64,000 nucleotides of DNA, taken from the IMG/VR virus record IMGVR_UViG_3300009082_000959; one strand, written 5' to 3'. Below are positions 8,401 to 17,084 of this stretch, in pieces; the first letter of the stretch is position 1; each line of letters opens with the position of its first letter. Made by a program: the position numbers and the translations under genes. The notes beneath the pieces were generated by a model. The model was not told where the DNA came from and ran no database searches. It saw nothing but the letters and a program-made list of their open reading frames with translations. Source of the DNA: a virus. Its lineage: Duplodnaviria > Caudoviricetes.

Positions 8401-10575
8401 TCTTTGGTTGGAGGATTACCATTTGGCGGTGGCAGACACAAAATAATAAATCAAAATAATCTTAATGCTGCCTTTATAGAGTTGGTCGGAAACAATTTCT
8501 TAAAAAATATAGAAATTTCCAGTTCAACGGCTGGTCTTCAGGGTCCATTAGTTAAGGTATCTGGATCAAATGTTGAAATAGATAATTGTTTAATTCAGTT
8601 CAATGACATAATTTCCAGTAATAGTGGAGACATTGGCATTGAGATAACAGCAGAGTCGGACATAGTAATAAGAGATACAAAAATAAACAATGTGTATATT
8701 GGTATATCTGGCACAACCGGCACAGATAATTTACTTATAAAAAATAATAGCATTCTTGGTGTTTCTGGCGTTGGATTATCATATGCCGTGTATGTTGGTA
8801 GTAGTTCTCGCGAAATAGATAATTTAAATATAATAGGAAACACAATAGGTCTGGATAACACAGACAATACAGATTTGAGAGGAATATTTATTGACATTGG
8901 TGAGTCCATTGGAAAAGCAACAATATCTGGTAATAAAATTGTTGGTGAATTAAATGTCTTGTCTACCAACAATGTATCCAATGGTATAAGAATTATAAAT
9001 ACACTTGCGACAGGAAATGTTTTATCACAAGCAATAATACACGAAAACTATATAGAGAATGTTAAATTACTTGATAGTTCTGTGTTTGGAATTTATATTG
9101 AGGACGTAAGCAGGGTCTCAGTTTCTAACAATACTCTTGTAAATGTTGCAACGTTTGGGGCACCTTACTCTGACACTGGATTTATTTGGATTGATGACTC
9201 TGTTGGAATTGTGGACGTTCACAATAACTTATTAAATATTGGAGAGGCGTTGCGCGGAATATATGTAAAGGGCACATCGACCATAACATCAATTCTCGGA
9301 AACACTTTGAGCCAAATTGGTGACGCAAATAATGCAACCAATTTGGCTCTCCCGTACTCTGCATATATTTTGGGCAATTCGGCTCGCGCAAGTGTTGTAT
9401 CAAACACTTTTATTGGCCCAGGAGACTACGGTATTTGGTGGAAGGGAGAGAGATCAAAAATTTCAGGAAACCATTTTAGCACACCAGATAGCGCCACTAA
9501 TTATGCCTTCAAAATAGGTATAAAAGCGCAGGCAAGCTATTTGGATATATCTGATAACATGTTGGTTGGGTTTACTGACACTGATTCAATGGGAATAGTA
9601 AACGTGAGCACAGCAAACGAAGGCGTAAGAATATCTAATAATACTATAGATGGTGACGAAATGGCCAATCTAATAAAATTAAGTGGTGATTATCATGTAA
9701 TTTCTGGAAATAGGCTTAAAAACTCTACACAATCGTCTGTTGGTGGCACAACACAGTTCATTGAGTTTTCAAGTGATGCTGATAGTATATCTGTTGTTGG
9801 AAATACATTTGAGGGCAAAGGAACATCATTTATTTATTCAACCTATGCAATAACAAATGCGTCAATTTTAAATAATACCATGTATGATGCGGGCGCGGCA
9901 ATGCTAACTGGCGCACCAATTACGCTCAGCAGTGCGTCAGTAGCAGATTGTTTTATATCCGGGAATAAACTACCGGATATATCTCATTGCGGCGCTGAAA
10001 ATACAATAGGTGCTTCTCCCTCACAATTTGATTATAATACTAATACCATAGGATTTAATAAGGGTTTATTAGATAGTATTAGTCTACATGCTTCAGCTGG
10101 TGTTACTGGATACGATTCAACGGTTTCTGGTGATGGAAAGCCGTTTTGGACAATTGTGGATGGCGGAACATACTGGCAACTTAATAATACAGATAAAAAT
10201 AATTGTTACTTGTATTTCCCAATAAATTGTTTACCAAATGGTTCTGTAATAAAATCAGCACAAATACAAGGCAGGTTCACAACACAGGCTGCGGCTGCAT
10301 CTATTACGGCAAGAATATTTAAAAGAAGTGTTAATTTAATTGATACAAGTAGTCCAGTGCAACCCGTTAGTGACCCGATAACAATATCCATTAATGGTGA
10401 GTTTGTAAACACAACTTCTACCGGAACAATAGACGAAATATCTGGTGGTGAAATATCGGAAGTAATAAATTATAGTGAAAGTGCTTATTATGTGCAAATA
10501 TACTATTTGTGTTCAAACACATCTTCTGCTTCCGGAATCCAAATAAGAGGAATTACTGTTAATTTTAGACATTAA
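5464..10575 (+). CDS. Large virion appendage / tailspike-like protein with right-handed parallel beta-helix
   Basis: 1703 aa. Shares its N-terminal architecture with 2396-5449. Many I.GN.I / ISNN.I repeats at about nt 8300-9990 are typical of pectate-lyase-like beta-helices. Confidence 0.7.
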   Translation: MSVFPDDLDSDLEIARIENNVSEIGGDVLNSLRDAVFAIQRVLGINAQGNKPSLTSRINVSLDADGNIKPSSLEGIGLATLPITNSHVGDNAAVQESKLDLDFGTQYLKNLISSARTDLDAITASVSSQGSGLNLHILGLGNYHDGYHIKINSGTQIGVAGMASITVGDAINELSTRLFSGSTTTEPHIDLNVPSTTKHAASGISVDSSDFVSIDQSISTVQGAIDALDSGSNLLIEKHVDELHANGIIKNVRSYEFFNSDRRLIGPVSGVTYASGGSVVTLTGETSLSSYKISVGDVLVIHTMSGVLDVGAFQVRAIGPLAESDTLGDLPSLLANQVAVFHIFSETKASGDGVSASIYKPGQVSSEYAPLACGIRPNETMVDTISVVRPDAARVVSVGFNGAILAADGYDVKIKVGLGNSTFRELIITDLNYDRIGTNKSNPVNSEHVAERINAFVSDPNSENHFPITAAGVGNELVIAHDLVGPEYTIEIMEGFNGNYPLGLDAYGADVAGNVVVGNLNCLYNINGTGIRSIATKFTGTASINSATGTFSVYNSDGQLINPLNYGIGPGSVIHILDHQTTETNGSYTVLTATTTSISVFLAEQIDAPTSPTTFTVEAYESHVSLNSISGTETDNGTVQIFVDEDGRTQVHQRISYGTSFGSAFEIVSISNTFPEGTFSILIDSVGSLLSFNLLDDSFAGDTVSVDETFTGGFKLYHPNGLDYITIHIEDGSVVVGTETLIVSSAANDDYSLLLCTANFNGDIEITNLVDGRLFGNIGADQVRDDFIEVFSQLPISDLRSDGVVRGFDLVALTYADVVTGMQALPLRGGVAYVDGVRVSVETQKVIVNSFNDDETLINGDRIVAINNFGSIEVLQDSIGEMLTDGYYASSSLGKLLPLYKVSVVNGEISTVIDIRRFINDLDSKLDLVVDETNNVVGNFRSLEGALLFAESYPNREHLTVRILNSVHPTRKIVVPNGVSLVGGLPFGGGRHKIINQNNLNAAFIELVGNNFLKNIEISSSTAGLQGPLVKVSGSNVEIDNCLIQFNDIISSNSGDIGIEITAESDIVIRDTKINNVYIGISGTTGTDNLLIKNNSILGVSGVGLSYAVYVGSSSREIDNLNIIGNTIGLDNTDNTDLRGIFIDIGESIGKATISGNKIVGELNVLSTNNVSNGIRIINTLATGNVLSQAIIHENYIENVKLLDSSVFGIYIEDVSRVSVSNNTLVNVATFGAPYSDTGFIWIDDSVGIVDVHNNLLNIGEALRGIYVKGTSTITSILGNTLSQIGDANNATNLALPYSAYILGNSARASVVSNTFIGPGDYGIWWKGERSKISGNHFSTPDSATNYAFKIGIKAQASYLDISDNMLVGFTDTDSMGIVNVSTANEGVRISNNTIDGDEMANLIKLSGDYHVISGNRLKNSTQSSVGGTTQFIEFSSDADSISVVGNTFEGKGTSFIYSTYAITNASILNNTMYDAGAAMLTGAPITLSSASVADCFISGNKLPDISHCGAENTIGASPSQFDYNTNTIGFNKGLLDSISLHASAGVTGYDSTVSGDGKPFWTIVDGGTYWQLNNTDKNNCYLYFPINCLPNGSVIKSAQIQGRFTTQAAAASITARIFKRSVNLIDTSSPVQPVSDPITISINGEFVNTTSTGTIDEISGGEISEVINYSESAYYVQIYYLCSNTSSASGIQIRGITVNFRH

Positions 10576-10586
10576 GAGAGGAATAT

Positions 10587-11081
10587 ATGGCCGAAAGAAG
10601 TGGAATAGAAATGTTGGAAGAAATACTTTTTAAAATATCACAATTAGAGTCCCAGATTTCTGGCATTGATAAAAATATTAAGTCCTTATTAAATACCTCA
10701 AAAAACGGTGCAATAAAAAATAAACCAGAAATTAGTGTGGCCCAACCGAATACAGGACCGGTTTCTGGGTTTAAGAATTTTTCTTTTCAGCCAGAGCAAA
10801 CAGAACCAATAATTATGGTTAAAGGAAAATTAAAATTAAGCAGCGGAAACTCAACAATTCCTATTTCTGGTGTGTCTGTTACTATTTATGATTCATTTGA
10901 CAAGGTGGTAAAAAAGACCAAAACAAATAGAGCAGGACAATGGATGAGTCAGCTTAAACCCGGAAAATATGTTGCACTTTTTGAAGGAGAGGCTAATGGT
11001 AAAAAACTACTCCCTCAAAACAAGAACTTTATAGTTCCACAAACATTACCTGCTGGGCAAACAGAGTTTGAAGTAATATAA
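10587..11081 (+). CDS. Hypothetical protein with carboxypeptidase-regulatory/prealbumin-like C-terminal domain
   Basis: N-terminal coiled coil, then PISGVSVTIYD...KTKTNRAGQWMSQLKPGKYVALF, typical of prealbumin-like beta-sandwiches. Confidence 0.55.
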   Translation: MAERSGIEMLEEILFKISQLESQISGIDKNIKSLLNTSKNGAIKNKPEISVAQPNTGPVSGFKNFSFQPEQTEPIIMVKGKLKLSSGNSTIPISGVSVTIYDSFDKVVKKTKTNRAGQWMSQLKPGKYVALFEGEANGKKLLPQNKNFIVPQTLPAGQTEFEVI

Positions 11082-11095
11082 AATTGGAGTTTTAA

Positions 11096-11875
11096 ATGGT
11101 TCAACCTTACTCACATAGAGTACTTTCAGACATCTTCGGCCTAGAATCGGTTGTATCGGACATAGGCGTAGTTGCTGGGAAAAATATACTAATTGATCAC
11201 TTAAGAGATATATTTTCCAGAGATAGAGAATATCGATTTTTGAGCGATGATTTCGGTTTTCCGAAAACACCTAGCCATCTTGGTTTGTCTCCTGGCGCTG
11301 GCCTTGATGACGAAGAAACTACTCGTATTTTCATTGGTGGAACTTTTCGCTACGACGTAAAGTTTAACCCATCACTGATCATAAAAAACACCGGAAGTAG
11401 GTATATACCAATTTCCTTCAACCAAAACTTATTGGGAATTATTAATACAAAAGAAATAATTACAGATGGTTACGGAAATAGTGCTACGATATACACTCCC
11501 GCCTATCATACTTTGGTCGGCGCCTGGGACCAAACATTTGAGGTAAAGGTTGTAGCAGAAAGTGAAACAGATAGAGAAGAAATATCAGACATTGTACAGG
11601 TGACTTTGATGGGAACCAGAAGATTAGATTTACAAAATGCTGGGCTTTTTATAAAATCTCTTTCAACGTCTGGTGAGCACGAAGAAAAATATGCAAATGA
11701 TTACTTGTATTCTGTGTCTATTAACATAGATGCACGTAGTGAGTGGAAAGTGCACATTCCAATAAGTGATGTGGTAGAAAGAATTGGTGTTTGTTTGACA
11801 TTTAGTGCCTTGGGAGGAGAGACTGCCGATGCACTAACTATAAATCAACAAATAACAATGGCAGATACTTTGTAA
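11096..11875 (+). CDS. Putative tail completion/terminator (neck) protein
   Basis: 259 aa, directly upstream of the sheath gene where tail terminators usually lie. Call rests on synteny and size. Confidence 0.45.
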   Translation: MVQPYSHRVLSDIFGLESVVSDIGVVAGKNILIDHLRDIFSRDREYRFLSDDFGFPKTPSHLGLSPGAGLDDEETTRIFIGGTFRYDVKFNPSLIIKNTGSRYIPISFNQNLLGIINTKEIITDGYGNSATIYTPAYHTLVGAWDQTFEVKVVAESETDREEISDIVQVTLMGTRRLDLQNAGLFIKSLSTSGEHEEKYANDYLYSVSINIDARSEWKVHIPISDVVERIGVCLTFSALGGETADALTINQQITMADTL

Positions 11876-11884
11876 TGAAATAAA

Positions 11885-11897
11885 AAATCTATCAATA
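11885..11897 (+). promoter_or_regulatory. Intergenic motif AAATCTATCAATA, also present at 61680-61692
   Basis: Exact 13-nt match between two of the few intergenic gaps; both precede genes with an AGGAG RBS. Confidence 0.4.
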
Positions 11898-11980
11898 TTA
11901 TTGGATTAAATGTAAGGTGAGCCCTATTCGGAGTTTGCTTGGGCCTCCTTAATAGATCCGATTAATAGGAGACTAAAAGA

Positions 11981-14551
11981 ATGGCCAATTTACCAGGTAT
12001 TTCGGGTTACACACGCCCAGGAACCTATTCCAGAGTGCGAACAATTCGTCGCGGCGTAAGTATTCCCGGAGGTTTACGGATTCTGGCTATAATAGGCTTG
12101 GGTCAAGCCGAAGAGAGTATTATTTTGAGTGCCGAAGGCGGTGGGGCTGATGGAGTAAATCCAGATTTCTCTGGTTCAACTGCTCCTGATGGTAGGCACT
12201 TTGAGCTGTCAAAAACTGATTTAATATCAGCGAGAACTGATATCTACAAAAACAATATTCCCTTAACCGGAATTGAAGAAACAATTGATACCGACCCATT
12301 CGATAATAGATACGATTATCGCCTTGAACCATCTACCGGAAGAATAGAGCTTCAAAGAGCGCATTTAGTTGATCAGGGCGGTATGTATGCTCCTCCTAGT
12401 ACCGCGAATGTTGGTAATGGTTCTATGTCTACAATAGAACTTATTGACGCAAATGCTCCAGCAGAAACATGGACGTTTAGGGCAACAAGCGTTATACGCG
12501 ATGCTTACGGCGATCCAATTCCAGATGTAACCGTGTTTACTGCCATCGGATCCGTATCTGGACAACCAGTGGATGCCTACGGCGCTCCGGTTGTATTTAT
12601 AAGCGACGGAGTTGTAAGGGATAACGGTATCCTGCGCGTTGCAATAACAGAGGGTGCTACCGCCTTTGATCGCGGTGATAGGTTCACAGTAAAGGTTACT
12701 AGTGGTGTTCTTAAAAAGGGCGAATCACTTGATGCTCGATATATTGCGACAGAGGACCTTAATGATCCAGAGTTATTTACTGATGCAAACAAATTATACA
12801 TAAAACACGGCAGACCGTCTGTTACAAACACTTTGTCTTTAGGCGCAGAACTTGCCTTTGCTAATGGAGCATTTGCGGTATTGGCCCTTCAAGCAAAGCC
12901 GCCGCTGCCACGAAGAACTTCTGAAGTATTGTTGGAATCCGATAATCCATTAACTGTCGCTACAGAAGGTTTTCCCACCGTTGGTACACCAGTTGCGTCA
13001 GCAGACATAGATGCCTTCAGATACACACTTAATGGCGTTCCTGATTCAGATACTTCGGTTAATATTATGGTCATTGATCGCGAAACTGCGGATGAAACAC
13101 AGATATTTCCAACAAAGGTTGCGTTCTACAATTCTGGTATTACATCTGATCCTTACAGCGGGTTTATTGATAATGCACAATACACCTACAGTTATACCAT
13201 TATATTGGATGGTCAGGTTGAGGACGAGGGACATGATGGAGAAGTAACACTTGGTGGATTTACTTTTACGGCTGATTCCGCTTCGTTTGCTGCCTATAAT
13301 ATTGATGTTGGTGAATATGATACACTGAAGAAGCTACGTATTTTGCCATTTGATCGTTATGGAAACAATGTTAGTGCTGTTGCAGGAGAATATACTATTT
13401 CTGCAGTTGGTGACAGTTTTGGTGATGATACCATTATAACCGTCACTTCAGCGTCTTTGGTTGGAAGTTCTGGTTGGACAGCAACAGAAACTGATTTAAG
13501 ATGGGAATTAGTAGATGACGCAGATACTTCTGCTAGACTGCTTCTTACTTCTGACCTATACACTGGCGGAGCAATCAGGGTGAGAGATGGCCTAAGGTGT
13601 TCGTACATTGACGTAGACGACGCAGACTTCTTTGATACAAATTGGGCCACCGCTCTTGAGGCACTTGAGGCCGTGAATTGCCAAATGGTAGTTCCACTTC
13701 CTGATAGTGCTTTCAGTGCAATTCAACAGGCTACGGTGGCACACTGCGAGCTTATGTCAAATACGGCCAACCAACGCGAAAGAGTTTGTTTGATTGGTGC
13801 ACCTATGGGTGTAACTAATGCCGCGTTGGCAGGAAGAGAATTGGTTGCTGTTGAAGACATTGGAGTAATAGAGGGACTACAGGGTGACGACGCCGAGGAA
13901 GTTTTGGCTGGCAACATAGAGGACCTTCAGGACTACGATGTTGCAACTAATTTTGGAACTACCTTTAGAGCTATTTATTTCTGGCCAGATGAAATAATTA
14001 GGACGATAAATGGCACTAACACAACAATTCATGGTTTTTACCAAGCAGCTGCTGCTGGTGGGTTGCTGGCATCTGAGCCAAATGTTGCACGACCACTAAC
14101 AAGAAAAATTTTAACTGGCTTTAGTATTCTTCGTAGTAAAATACTACGCCCAGTGTTGCTTAATGAACTTGGAAACAATGGTGTTGCGGTTGTTCAGCCA
14201 GTAACAGGCGGTGGGCAAATTGTTCATGGTAAAACCACAACTTCAAGTGCATCACCAGAAGAAGAGGAATTATCAATAGTTTTCATTAGAGATCGCACTG
14301 CAACCGTTTTGCGATCAGTATTACAGGGGTTTATAGGGCAACCTGAAGACAAGTCATTAATTGCGTCTATAACGTCACAGGTAACAAAGACATTAAATGC
14401 ACTTATGTCACAAGGATTACTAAGTGCATATAGAAACCTGAGTGTTGCGCGAGATGATGTCGATCCAAGGCAATTTAATATATCTGTTGAAGTACAACCA
14501 GTATATCCTATCAATTGGATATTTATTGATGTCAGTGTTGGTTTAATATAA
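11981..14551 (+). CDS. Contractile tail sheath protein
   Basis: 856 aa. N-terminal PGTYSR motif, sheath C-terminal domain (ANQRERVCLIG, ELSIVFIRD, ISVEVQPVYPINWIFIDVSV), AGGAG RBS, followed by a tube-like gene. Confidence 0.92.
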   Translation: MANLPGISGYTRPGTYSRVRTIRRGVSIPGGLRILAIIGLGQAEESIILSAEGGGADGVNPDFSGSTAPDGRHFELSKTDLISARTDIYKNNIPLTGIEETIDTDPFDNRYDYRLEPSTGRIELQRAHLVDQGGMYAPPSTANVGNGSMSTIELIDANAPAETWTFRATSVIRDAYGDPIPDVTVFTAIGSVSGQPVDAYGAPVVFISDGVVRDNGILRVAITEGATAFDRGDRFTVKVTSGVLKKGESLDARYIATEDLNDPELFTDANKLYIKHGRPSVTNTLSLGAELAFANGAFAVLALQAKPPLPRRTSEVLLESDNPLTVATEGFPTVGTPVASADIDAFRYTLNGVPDSDTSVNIMVIDRETADETQIFPTKVAFYNSGITSDPYSGFIDNAQYTYSYTIILDGQVEDEGHDGEVTLGGFTFTADSASFAAYNIDVGEYDTLKKLRILPFDRYGNNVSAVAGEYTISAVGDSFGDDTIITVTSASLVGSSGWTATETDLRWELVDDADTSARLLLTSDLYTGGAIRVRDGLRCSYIDVDDADFFDTNWATALEALEAVNCQMVVPLPDSAFSAIQQATVAHCELMSNTANQRERVCLIGAPMGVTNAALAGRELVAVEDIGVIEGLQGDDAEEVLAGNIEDLQDYDVATNFGTTFRAIYFWPDEIIRTINGTNTTIHGFYQAAAAGGLLASEPNVARPLTRKILTGFSILRSKILRPVLLNELGNNGVAVVQPVTGGGQIVHGKTTTSSASPEEEELSIVFIRDRTATVLRSVLQGFIGQPEDKSLIASITSQVTKTLNALMSQGLLSAYRNLSVARDDVDPRQFNISVEVQPVYPINWIFIDVSVGLI

Positions 14552-14554
14552 TAA

Positions 14555-15364
14555 ATGAAAACAGAAAGGGGCCAGCAACGACCCGACATAAACAATGAAA
14601 TAGTGGTTAGCTTATACGACAACGGTAGGCTAACCATGAAAGAAGTTGGTGCGATACTTGGAATATCATCTGATTCGGTTTTAAATAGACTGCATGGTGT
14701 TGGAATAAGACTTCACACGCGGCACAAAATAAATCATGATGTGTTTAATATTCCAAGCAAAGAAGGTTGTTATTGGGGAGGGTTTATAGCGGCCGATGGA
14801 TGTATAAATAACAAAAAAACTGTGGTAACTGTAGAGCTTCAACGATCCGACAAAAAACATCTTGAAAAATTGTGTTTATTTGTTGGGAGAGACAATAAAA
14901 CGTGGAACAGAGAAAGAATTAGGGGTAATAAACGTTTAAAGTATTCTACTATTTCGGTTGTTTCTAAAAAGATTGTCTCTGACCTTGAGGTTAATTTTAA
15001 TATAGTTCCTCGAAAATCTATGGTTTTAGACAAACCAAATATACCGGCAAATTGTGTGAATCATTTTATTCGTGGATATATAGATGGAGATGGACACATA
15101 GGTTGGCATAACGGTGCTCCAAGAATAAATGTGGTATCTGGTTCTAAAAAAATATTATACTGGATTAGGGACGAAATAGTTAGTGGTGTCAGTGGGACAT
15201 TTTGTCCAGCAATTCTTGCAAGACACAACGGCAGTACTCTTTCCATAGAGTTTGGCGGAAAGAATTCTTATAATATTATCGAATGGTTATATAGTGATTC
15301 TACAGAAAGCACCAGATTAGAAAGAAAATTCGAAAGAATTACAGAATACTTAAATAAGAGGTAA
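14555..15364 (+). CDS. Free-standing LAGLIDADG homing endonuclease with N-terminal HTH
   Basis: Two LAGLIDADG motifs (CYWGGFIAADGCI and HFIRGYIDGDGHI) plus an HTH (LTMKEVGAILGISSDSVLNRL). Confidence 0.9.
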   Translation: MKTERGQQRPDINNEIVVSLYDNGRLTMKEVGAILGISSDSVLNRLHGVGIRLHTRHKINHDVFNIPSKEGCYWGGFIAADGCINNKKTVVTVELQRSDKKHLEKLCLFVGRDNKTWNRERIRGNKRLKYSTISVVSKKIVSDLEVNFNIVPRKSMVLDKPNIPANCVNHFIRGYIDGDGHIGWHNGAPRINVVSGSKKILYWIRDEIVSGVSGTFCPAILARHNGSTLSIEFGGKNSYNIIEWLYSDSTESTRLERKFERITEYLNKR

Positions 15365-15370
15365 ATAAAA

Positions 15371-16012
15371 ATGACAGACTTTCTATCAGCAAGTGGTTTT
15401 CCTAGCACTGGAACCAATATCAATGCAGGGCACCGAACAAACTCTGGCCTTTCTACCCAGATTATTATAAAGGTTTTTAATAGTCCGGTTGGTGCACTTC
15501 AAGAATTAACAGCATCCCAAAATAGGCCATTAACTAGAATAAAAGAAATAGGTACAGACGGAAATATAGAGATTGTTCCGAGTAGTGCTACTGACTTTAG
15601 CTTAAGCGTTCGCAGAATAGTGTTTGATCAATTGCGATTACCAGAATCATTTTCTCGTGGATTTAGATTCATTAATTCACAAAGAATTCCATTTGATATA
15701 GACATAATAGATGTCAGTGGAACTGAACCAAATGTATCCGATGATGATGGCAACAAGGTTATAATGACGTATAAAAATTGTTGGTTTACCAGATACGATA
15801 CGCCGTACTCTGCCGATAACTACATCATAACAGAAACTGCAGAAATTTGGTGTGAAACAGCCTATGCAGTTCAGCTTGGAAGAGATGGTTCCTTACGCCC
15901 TGTGGAACGCCAGGTTGATAGTGGTGGTGTCGAGGCAGAGGTTAATTCTGGACGTCGTCTTGGATCAATGGATGCAGCTGGTCTTTTGAATTCTTTGTTC
16001 AGCGGTGAATAA
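15371..16012 (+). CDS. Tail tube protein
   Basis: 213 aa after the sheath. VGALQEL...RPLTRIKEIG and MTYKNCWFTRY...ITETAEIWCE match the contractile tube pattern. Confidence 0.85.
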   Translation: MTDFLSASGFPSTGTNINAGHRTNSGLSTQIIIKVFNSPVGALQELTASQNRPLTRIKEIGTDGNIEIVPSSATDFSLSVRRIVFDQLRLPESFSRGFRFINSQRIPFDIDIIDVSGTEPNVSDDDGNKVIMTYKNCWFTRYDTPYSADNYIITETAEIWCETAYAVQLGRDGSLRPVERQVDSGGVEAEVNSGRRLGSMDAAGLLNSLFSGE

Positions 16013-16085
16013 TTTATAAAGCACAGTTAATGAAAGACAATTTAGCCACCCTCTTTTTTCTCCCCCGTTTTATTATTTATAATCA

Positions 16086-16120
16086 TATGGTGCTTATTTT
16101 ACTAGGCACCATACTTTTCT
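16086..16120 (+). terminator. Stem-loop TATGGTGC-N12-GCACCATA followed by CTTTTCT; possible weak intrinsic terminator or RNA-processing signal
   Basis: Perfect 8-bp inverted repeat (16086-16093 and 16106-16113) in the tube-to-chaperone gap. Confidence 0.4.
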
Positions 16121-16134
16121 ATTAAGGAAATAAT

Positions 16135-16668
16135 ATGTCAAAGTTATCACACCAAGGAACAAGTCAATCACAGGTTGCGCCAGCACCAAAAAATTATGTT
16201 GTTGAAAATGAAGATATTAACGAAAGGCTTTCACAGTTTGAGGAAGCAGAACCAGTTGTTTTCAGAATGCCTCCTCCAAAACCAGTATCCAAGGATTTGG
16301 AAAAATTAATTTTTATAGGTCGTCTGACACAAATTGTAGAAATTGGCGACACAAAGTTTGAAATAAGTTCATTGACAAATAAAGAATACAATCAAATATT
16401 GGAAACATTGTATAGATTTAAGGAAGCAAGTGACTTATTTAAAGTAAGAATTGTTACGCTAGCAAATTGTTTAAGAAAAATAGATGGTGTTTCTTTGGAC
16501 AATATTGAAATTGAGGGAAAATTTGAGGACGATTTTCACAAACGCATTTCCGTAATAGACAACCTACAATTACTGGTTGTTGAAAAACTTTATGCTGCCT
16601 ATGAAAAACTAGTAGCAGCGAAAGAAGAAAAGGAAGCTGGTGCAGAGAAAGAACTAAAAAACTCGTAA
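16135..16668 (+). CDS. Tail assembly chaperone (gpG-like)
   Basis: 177 aa acidic protein between tube and tape measure, ending at a slippery site. Confidence 0.75.
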   Translation: MSKLSHQGTSQSQVAPAPKNYVVENEDINERLSQFEEAEPVVFRMPPPKPVSKDLEKLIFIGRLTQIVEIGDTKFEISSLTNKEYNQILETLYRFKEASDLFKVRIVTLANCLRKIDGVSLDNIEIEGKFEDDFHKRISVIDNLQLLVVEKLYAAYEKLVAAKEEKEAGAEKELKNS

Positions 16669-16689
16669 AGGAGCCCTGGCACAGGCTCC
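16656..16689 (+). other. Programmed -1 ribosomal frameshift signal: A AAA AAC, 7-nt spacer, GC-rich hairpin
   Basis: Heptamer 16656-16662 is in frame just before TCG TAA. Hairpin GGAGCC...GGCTCC at 16670-16689. The -1 frame is open (LVKEPWHRLRWKLCQ) into ORF 16707-17081. Confidence 0.85.
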
Positions 16690-16706
16690 GCTGGAAATTA
16701 TGCCAA

Positions 16707-17081
16707 ATGTGGGGTGTGCCCGTTGACCACGAAATGTTTAATGATATCACTTCTTCTCAGTGGTTGTGGTATTATAATAATGTTGTAGAAGACAATAAAG
16801 AGTCTTTCGAACATCACAGGGATATGGTTGAGTATTTGGCTAGTTTTATGGAGCCAGAAGCCGTTAGAAAGATTAAAGAGTCAAGAGAAAATGCCGTCTT
16901 GGTTCCAGAAGAAGAGTTTGTTAAGGGTATTGAAAGCATATTTGGTAGAAAGATTAATTTACCCAGCGAAAAAAGAGGATCTTCTGTGAAAAGCACAAAT
17001 CCAGAGTCTGCAATTAAAAATTTTAAAAACCCAATAAAAAACATAAACGCTAAATATTGGGTTGATTTTGATTTGGAATAA
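16707..17081 (+). CDS. Tail assembly chaperone C-terminal extension (gpT-like), probably made as a 315-aa frameshift fusion
   Basis: Lies in the -1 frame of 16135-16668 and is open from 16662; directly precedes the tape measure gene. Confidence 0.75.
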   Translation: MWGVPVDHEMFNDITSSQWLWYYNNVVEDNKESFEHHRDMVEYLASFMEPEAVRKIKESRENAVLVPEEEFVKGIESIFGRKINLPSEKRGSSVKSTNPESAIKNFKNPIKNINAKYWVDFDLE

Positions 17082-17084
17082 AAT

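Noticed and set aside
14552-15370. Group I intron or intein carrying the LAGLIDADG ORF
   Set aside because: The sheath ends with a normal C-terminus and stop, the tube has its own RBS and start, and there is no room for intron core structure and no intein terminal motifs.
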